From NCBI GenBank assembly GCA_951406725.2, contig OX597825.1, forward strand, positions 64,232,001 to 64,296,000: a DNA stretch of 64,000 nt, read 5' to 3'. A program made the translations under genes and the position numbers. The notes under the pieces were generated by a model. It saw only the letters and a program-made list of their open reading frames with translations. It searched no databases and had not been told where the DNA came from. This document shows, one piece after another, positions 56,373 through 64,000 of this stretch. This stretch comes from Octopus vulgaris. Lineage: Eukaryota. The stretch's first letter is position 1. Each line of letters opens with the position of its first letter.

Positions 56373-57039
56373 CGCATGTTGTCAAAATCTACTGCACCAA
56401 ACATAAACATGGTATAACTGAAGCGATATTGTTATTTGTTGGCGTTTGCCAAAGCTCAGAAGCAGGTATCGTTTCTAACATACATCAACTGCTAACAGTC
56501 GCTTTAATGACATCTTATTAAATGAAGCGAGTAAAAGGTTCGAAGTAACTAATTAAACATACACGGAAAGTAAATATTAATGAGACATAGACAAATAAAT
56601 AATTCATACTCTTATGCAGGAAAATACTTTAGCTCAATTAGGAATAATAATTTATTCTGAACGTGTGAGGTTTGGACAGGACGAGAAATAAGGACGTACG
56701 TACCGTCATATAAGACCGCTTCAACCACGTTTGAATTTATTTGTACGTCCCAGATTACATATTAATGAATATCACATTGTTTCTTCTTACAGATAAATTA
56801 TTAGTCATTAGAAAATGTTAACACTTTCAATGTATGAAGTAATTGGTTCCTAAGTTTGCTATCGGTGTTACAAAATTGATAGCTAAAAATTGATAGCACA
56901 GGTATTTTACCAGCATGTATGAAGTTTTTCTTTCTATGTCTTTCCTCGACTGTTAAAAGGAAGAGTAGGAGGGGGGAATATAGGGGGAGGAAAATGGGGA
57001 TGGTGAGTAGGAGGAGGAGGGGAGGGAGTAGTGTTGGCG

Positions 57040-57131
57040 GAAGAAGAAGAAGAAGAAGAAGAAGAAGGAGAAGCAGGAGAAGAAGAAGAAGAAGAAGAAG
57101 AAGAAGAAGAAGAAAAAAAGATGAAAAAGCA

Positions 57132-57162
<31 letters not shown>

Positions 57163-57183
57163 AAGAAGAAGAAGAAGAAGAAG
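57040..57183. repeat. (GAA)n microsatellite
   Basis: Direct reading. Confidence 0.95.
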
Positions 57184-57255
57184 ATAATGGGTAAAGAAGG
57201 AAGGAGATAATTTTTCTTTACTTCATTGCATTTCGCTGAATTAATTTCAGATCCC

Positions 57256-57312
57256 AAGTTATGTCAAGCTGACGAGTCCAAAGGGAAGACGAAACAGTGC
57301 TGTTCACGACTT
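57256..57312 (+). ncRNA. type I hammerhead ribozyme motif
   Basis: CTGACGA(57269)-GTC caaagggaa GAC-GAAA-CAG tg CTG-TT; stem I weak and interrupted. Confidence 0.65.
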
Positions 57313-58192
57313 TAAAACTTTATCTTAGAAAAAAAAGGGGAAAAAAATTCAAGCATTCAATAGAAATATGTGTATGTTCTTCACTCATTAATATAGATTC
57401 CTCAAGAGACTTAAAGCCAGAAGTGATTCGCTTCTTTTGAGTAGCAGTCTCACGAGCAACCACGTCACTGACATTTTAAAATATTAGAAATATTCAGACA
57501 CTTTTATATCAAGATCAAATATGGCTTGCAAATAACCGCATTAAGATTTAACACGGAAATTAAATTAAGTAACAATGTTATACATACGTAGAAAATACAT
57601 TTTACCAATTCTCTTTTATTTTACCGATTTATCTCTTCTAGGCGTAAGAAATTCACAGTTTTTTCTATCTATACATATCCCTAATTATCTATATATCTGT
57701 TTGCTTATGTATCTAATACTGTATATTTTTAACTCCGTGTACGGGTACGTGAGTGTGTGTGTTTGTAACTGTTTATAACATAGTGATCTGGGTAAAAATG
57801 TCCGATAGTACAAGTTCCTGATTTACAAATAAAGAAGTACTTGGATCGACTCACATGACCAAAAATAATACAAAGTGGTGCACTAGCATTGTTGCAGTCA
57901 ATCATTGACATATGTAGCCAAAATAAATTATAGTATTATTGTTCAGTGAGTGATCAGTGCATGTCATCAGTGTCACTGCGGTAAAATATACGAAGCCCTG
58001 CATACCCATCATGTTTACACGTCCGATAAGGAAAAACCAAGAACATGCATCGCAGCCATATGTGCGTGACATGGTGATCTCATATCAAGATAAACAGCGC
58101 ATGACCTTGCAGGTGGGGCCCAGTTAGAATTTTCAATACATCGTGTCTGTGCATCTGTTAGGGTATGTATGTATATATGATAATAATAAAAA

Positions 58193-58299
<107 letters not shown>

Positions 58300-58300
58300 T

Positions 58301-58672
58301 ATGTGCAGATGACAACGTGTCTCTAAAAGAAATGGAGAAACTCTCAAAATACAAAGACCTGGAAATAGAGGTAACTAGAATGTGGAACCTGAAAACAGAA
58401 ACAATTCCTATCATAGTAGGTGCATTAGGCATGATAAAAAAATATTCAGACAAATACATAACAAAAACACCAGGGACTTACAAACACATATAACATACAG
58501 AAAATTGCACTACTAGGCACTGCACACATCCTACGCAGAACACTTTCCATACAATAACCATCAGAGCATCACAACAAATCACAGCACATACCCAAGGCAC
58601 ACAGAGCTGCGCTCGGTAGTGAAGTGAAAGCACGCTATAAAAATAAAACTACTGAATAATAATAATAATAAT
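58301..58672 (+). mobile_element. R4/Dong-type retrotransposon 3' end inserted in (AAT)n
   Basis: KEMEKLSKYKDLEIEVTRMW..IPIIVGALG..IQKIALLGTAHILRRTL*, short 3' UTR, (AAT)n on both sides. Confidence 0.9.
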
Positions 58673-58960
58673 ATAAGGGAATATTATTCCAAACGAAATT
58701 GTATTTCGTAAACAGACTACGCTGACGATCTTGCATATGTTTACGTATCCATAGACGTAAATATTAACAAGTGAAACTAATTAGTATGTAAGTAATAGTT
58801 TTTTTTATTTTGTATATTTTCATTTGTCTAACTTATTTTCAAACTTTGGTTTTTTGCTGATTTTTTTTCTTGAGAACACATCCTTCGTGGTAAATGGCGA
58901 GTTTGACATCTATTTCTAGCATACAGGCTGTCCACTATTAGTGGTCATTCCTCTAAATTT

Positions 58961-59060
<100 letters not shown>

Positions 59061-59210
59061 TATAGAGGGCATTACTATACATAACTAACACACGCTAAGA
59101 GGGACTCTTAAAGTCAAAATTACCAAAGTAAATAAACACACATTTTGGTAGTTTTGACTTTAAGAGTTCCTCCAAGCGTGTGGCATTTATGTGTAGTAAT
59201 GCCCTTTATA
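59061..59210. repeat. ~150-nt imperfect hairpin next to TA/TG microsatellite
   Basis: TATAGAGGGCATTACTATACATAA..ACTCTTAAAGTCAAAATTACCAAA pairs with TTTGGTAGTTTTGACTTTAAGAGT..TTATGTGTAGTAATGCCCTTTATA. Confidence 0.9.
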
Positions 59211-59702
59211 TATTATAAAAAGATATTTTAAGTGAAAAAATCGGTGGATTTTTTCTCCTATGAGGTTTTTCGCGCTAACTACTTCATAAATTCTTATAAA
59301 GATTTTATTCTATTTTTAAATTATATATGTACATACATATATTCGCCTTTTCGATTATTCTTGTAAGCTTTGGTACAAAAAGCACCATTGGCTTACTTCC
59401 TCTATATGGCAGCATCCATCCGGCACTTAATTAACTTTCAGTAAATTGTATCAGTACGTTATTCATTTCACATTTCCTTAGAGAATATATTTTCCACACG
59501 TTCTGCATTAGTGTCGGAAAAAGTCAAGAATTTTCAACCACTTTTTTAATATTTTACTAAATACCCTGCATTCTGAAAATCAAGGTTATGATGAAGCCAA
59601 CTTGTTATTCTTTAATATTGTCTAAGTAAAGCATAGAATATAATGCTAAAATGTTACACTAATTGAATTATAGCAACCTGTCTCGAAACGATTAATTATA
59701 TA

Positions 59703-60300
59703 TATTTCTTTACAACCCACAAGGGGCTAAACACAGAGGGGACAAACAAGGATAGACAAACGGATTAAGTCGATTACATCGACCCCAGTGCGTAACTGGT
59801 ACTTAATTTATCGACCTCGAAATGATGAAAGGCAAAGTCGACCTCGGCGGAATTCGAACTCAGAACGTAACGGCAGACGAAATACGGCTACGCATTTCGC
59901 CCGGCGTGCTAACGTTTCTGCCAGCTCGCCGCCTGATTAATTATATATACCTGTCTGTATCTAAAAGGCGGCGAGCTGGCAGAAACTTTAGCGCGCCGGG
60001 CGAAATGCTTAGCGGTATTTCGTTGTGAGTTCAAATTCCGCCGAGGTCGACTTTGCCTTTCATCCTTTCGGGTCGATAAATTAAGTACCAGTTACCCACT
60101 GGGTATCTAAAAGGCGGCGAGCTGGCAGAAACTTTAGCGCGCCGGGCGAAATGCTTAGCGGTATTTCGTTGTGAGTTCAAATTCCGCCGAGGTCGACTTT
60201 GCCTTTCATCCTTTCGGGGTCGATGTAATTGACTTAATCCCTTTGTCTGTCCTTGTTTGTCCCCTCTATGTTTAGCCCCTTGTGGGTAGTAATGAAATAT
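59703..60300. mobile_element. head-to-head family C SINEs (59703-59933 minus; 59963-60300 plus with 146-bp duplication)
   Basis: Both carry the GGCGGCGAGCTGGCAGAAAC head and the Deu/Nin-like core; GTATCTAAAAGGCGG recurs at 59957 and 60103. Confidence 0.92.
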
Positions 60301-60377
60301 ATACCTATCTGTATCTGTGTATGTGTGTTTGTGAGTCCACGAACCCTTGTATTTGTGTGTGTGTGTGTGTATTTGCG

Positions 60378-60466
60378 TGTATTGATTTGGCAACACATAC
60401 TCTAAAATTGGAACGATACAGGGATTAACATTGCCCCTGCACAATGGTGAATCGTTCTATATTTTT
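60378..60466 (+). pseudogene. U6: U6 snRNA pseudogene
   Basis: GGCAACACATACTCTAAAATTGGAACGATACAG..GATTAACATTGCCCCTGCACAA..GTGAATCGTTCTATATTTTT aligns to U6; ACAGAGA box damaged and ~15 nt deleted. Confidence 0.92.
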
Positions 60467-60621
60467 CTAGTCTAATCGCACACGTTGGAGTTTAGCCGCA
60501 GGCGTGGATGTGTTACAAAAGTGTGCTTCTTAATCCCATGGTCCTAGGTTCACTCCCATTGCTTGCTACTTTGAGCACGTGAACATGAGCACGCGCGCTT
60601 ACACACACACACACGCAAACA

Positions 60622-60623
<2 letters not shown>

Positions 60624-60688
<65 letters not shown>

Positions 60689-61330
60689 TCTATATAAGAC
60701 GCCGCAAACAATACAATATCGTAATATTGTTGATTGAAGATGTTGCTTTATATCCGGGGTTTGTACTGTCTGTCAAGTCACAACAAGGACCTCAGACTGA
60801 TAATACTGTACGCAATATGCAGTTCCAAGTAATGCCGATGCTTGCGATACCATTAGAATATAGGGTATTTCTGATGTTTCTAGATGTTTTGTTTTTTTCA
60901 GAAAGGGTAGTATTGAACTCAGTGCTCCGTTGACAATAGGCACAATATATATGTTTGACGCTCATAGCATCTACATCTTGGCGGTTTCAATTCTCTGGTC
61001 TCCAAATTTATCAATCTTTTCTCTTTCTTTTATGATGCTATGTTGATCTCCTGGTACTTCCACATCGATTATTAGACACTCTTTGTCCATCCTAAAGGTC
61101 ACTATATCCAGTCTTCTGTGCTCTAAAAACGTTTCTGTCTGGAAGTGAAAGTCCCAGAGGATTTTTGCCTTCCCTTTTTCGTCCATTACTTTTTCCGGTG
61201 CATGTTGGTACCAAGCCCACGTTATCTCGTATACATACTTCCGGCATATTAGCCCGTGAATAATTTGGGCTAACGTGTCGTGTCTGCTCTTGTAGAGTTT
61301 TTTGAACAAGACCTTCACAAGCACTAACAA
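60624..61330 (-). mobile_element. R4/Dong-type relic with adjacent (AAT)n tract
   Basis: YKSRHD..WYQHAPEKV..KILWDF..RRLDIV..CLIIDVEVPGD..KEREKIDKF (restriction-like endonuclease); (TTA)n at 60624-60688. Confidence 0.85.
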
Positions 61331-61574
61331 TGGTCTATACCAATTTGTCCTCTGCCACCACTCTTTCTTTTCATGTATAGTATGTTTACGGTTGCTTTAT
61401 GGTGTAACACCCCATGCAGTGTCATCAACTCTCTTGTCCGTCTATCACAGTTGATATTACTTCCTTAATACATTTGAGGATGGACACAAAATATATCACC
61501 ACTGTGACTGCAAAGATGTTCATTGCGGTAATCAAAGTTTTGGTATTCAGGTGGGATTTCAACTCCATCTTCAC

Positions 61575-62090
61575 CCTGAAAAAGATAGTGGTAGTACCAA
61601 TAACTGTCGGAGCTCTGGGAACAGTGAGTAAAAATCTTGAGAAGTATACGGAACTGCTAGGGACTGCAATACGGGTGGAGCACTTGCAGAAAACAGTACT
61701 TTTGAGGAGGAGAGAGACGACCTTCAAATGAGAAAGCATAAATAGTTTGAAAGAAATTCACAGGACGTTAAGGATAATACAGAATCATGGGCATGGCTCG
61801 AGTGAGGTAATTTGAAGCGTACCACCTACAGCCTGATCATTGCTGCACATTTTAAGTGACGACTTGGGTTTATATTCGTACCAATCTTTTGCTCTGTAAA
61901 GTTCATATTTGTTGCAAAGTGTCCCATGGAGTCTCTTATATTCTGTCTGGGCTAGTGCGAAACATTGACTGTTATATGTCATACAGTTTCAAAATTTTGT
62001 CCACAATTTCTGCACTTCTCACATTCTGATATATTGTCTATTCTGTATATGATGGAATTGGTTGTTAAGGCATGCTCTTGGGCAGCACGT
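61575..62090. pseudogene. rearranged R4/Dong-type fragments (61575-61710 plus; 61790-62090 minus)
   Basis: Plus strand VVPITVGALGTV..LQKTVLL; minus strand AAQEHALTTN..KCRNC..ETV.HI..LAQTEYKRLH zinc-knuckle region. Confidence 0.8.
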
Positions 62091-62782
62091 GATTATCATT
62101 ATTAGTATTTCTAATATAGATGTTGATTACCAAGACAGGAAACTGTGACGCCGGCCGTATTTATCACGGTGACATATACTATTCCAAAAATCACAAAAGC
62201 ACACGCGTTAGCAATTCAGTGCATTATTTGTAAATTTTATGTTATGTTTCTCTTATAAGTACGGATGCCAGTATTCTGAAGGTTTCTCATTAAAGTACTC
62301 AAAATATAGCCAGATCTGCATAGACCATGAAAAAATTATTAAGCAGCTTTCTGTCGAAATTACATAATCAACATAATCTGCTTTTCATAATTCAGATCTC
62401 TTAGAGTCTGATATGCCTTGCATAATGGCATATGCAAATGATAAAATTAATTAGAACTGGCACTTAATGACATGCATTTCCATACTACGTAGAAGGATAA
62501 TTTTGTGAATTTGATTTCTAAGAACATCAGTCTCCTAGAGCAAATGTTTGAGGCGGCATTAAACCAAGAATATCCTAGGCCAGACTGTAAAAAAAATAAT
62601 ATGCTAAGACTAATTATGTTGCATCCTGTGGTGAATTTCATGTCTTGTTATCGAAAACATTTGCCCCTAGGAATTTCTTAACTCCGCTGAGAACATTTGG
62701 TGGGTAATATCTCACCGAGATAATTATGTATACTTCGTGGATTACGTGGCACATACATATGTGTCTACCAATGTGTCTGTAC

Positions 62783-62784
<2 letters not shown>

Positions 62785-62829
<45 letters not shown>

Positions 62830-62830
62830 A

Positions 62831-62880
<50 letters not shown>

Positions 62881-62888
62881 ATATATAT

Positions 62889-62943
<55 letters not shown>
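62785..62943. repeat. (TCTA)n microsatellite
   Basis: Direct reading; similar tracts at 17601-17673 and (GATA)n 40502-40583. Confidence 0.95.
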
Positions 62944-62944
<1 letters not shown>

Positions 62945-63714
62945 GCATACATACATATATGCGTATATATATATATATATATGCGCACACATAAATAAAC
63001 ACACACATACACACATATATGTATATATATATAGAGAGAGAGGGAGACAGACAGGCAGACAGACAGAAAGACAGACAGACTGACGGACAGACTAACAAAC
63101 AGCCAGACATATAGATAGATAGATAGATGGATTGATAGATATATACAGAGGTTTTTATGTATGTATATACATATATATATATATATATGTATATATACAC
63201 ACATTTCTGTGTGTGTATATATATATACATATTCTATATGTATATGTATATGTATACATATGCATTTGAAATATATACATATAAAAAACATGAATATCTA
63301 AATATGTATTTTGATAGGTATGTCTATATATACATATATACATGTATATATATAATCACGTTACGTGCCTATATGTGCGTGAATATACATCGTTGCTTGT
63401 CCTGGTGATAGGCTGGAGAAGATGTCGTCATTTTTCAAACTTAGTACTGAATACATGATATGAATTAATTTGTTATACGTGATTTTATATTTTACTTGGA
63501 GTCTAATTAACGGCAGTCTCGACCGTATAGAATTTTTTTCAGTCGTGGTCATTTCACAAGATCAAAGACGATGGAAATGCCCATGATGTGATCTCCAAAC
63601 CTCCTAGTCGCTTAAACAAGCACACCGACACACACAGTCATACACAAGCATGAGTATACACATGCATACACAAAGGCTTACATAAACAGACGATCACACA
63701 CACAGGTTTGTATA

Positions 63715-63768
<54 letters not shown>

Positions 63769-63789
63769 CATACATATATATATATATAT

Positions 63790-63848
<59 letters not shown>

Positions 63849-63923
63849 CATACGAATGTATATAATATATAAATATATATATTTACATAGATATATGCAT
63901 ACATAAACATATAAATGTATGCA

Positions 63924-63987
<64 letters not shown>

Positions 63988-64000
63988 GTATGTGTGTATG

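Overview
AT-rich (roughly one-third GC by eye), microsatellite-saturated eukaryotic DNA with no recognisable host gene, so most likely intronic or intergenic. The SINE families and (TA)n/(TG)n density suggest an octopus/coleoid cephalopod (inference, not a search result). Nearly all listed ORFs are microsatellite artefacts. Real content: a young 5'-truncated CR1-type LINE (31.1-33.0 kb), a decayed Tc1, two Tc1/mariner MITEs, a non-autonomous Helitron, five R4/Dong-type fragments, Penelope/Tigger/Gypsy relics, three abundant SINE families with swapped tails, a U6 pseudogene and a 111-bp tandem repeat. The most interesting signal is non-coding: about a dozen hammerhead-ribozyme motifs. Four have canonical cores (two with long stem II) and five share an A6-to-U core variant. 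They sit mostly in short elements embedded in (TA)n tracts, several tandem or fold-back, resembling a retrozyme/Penelope-dependent system. Catalytic activity is untested.
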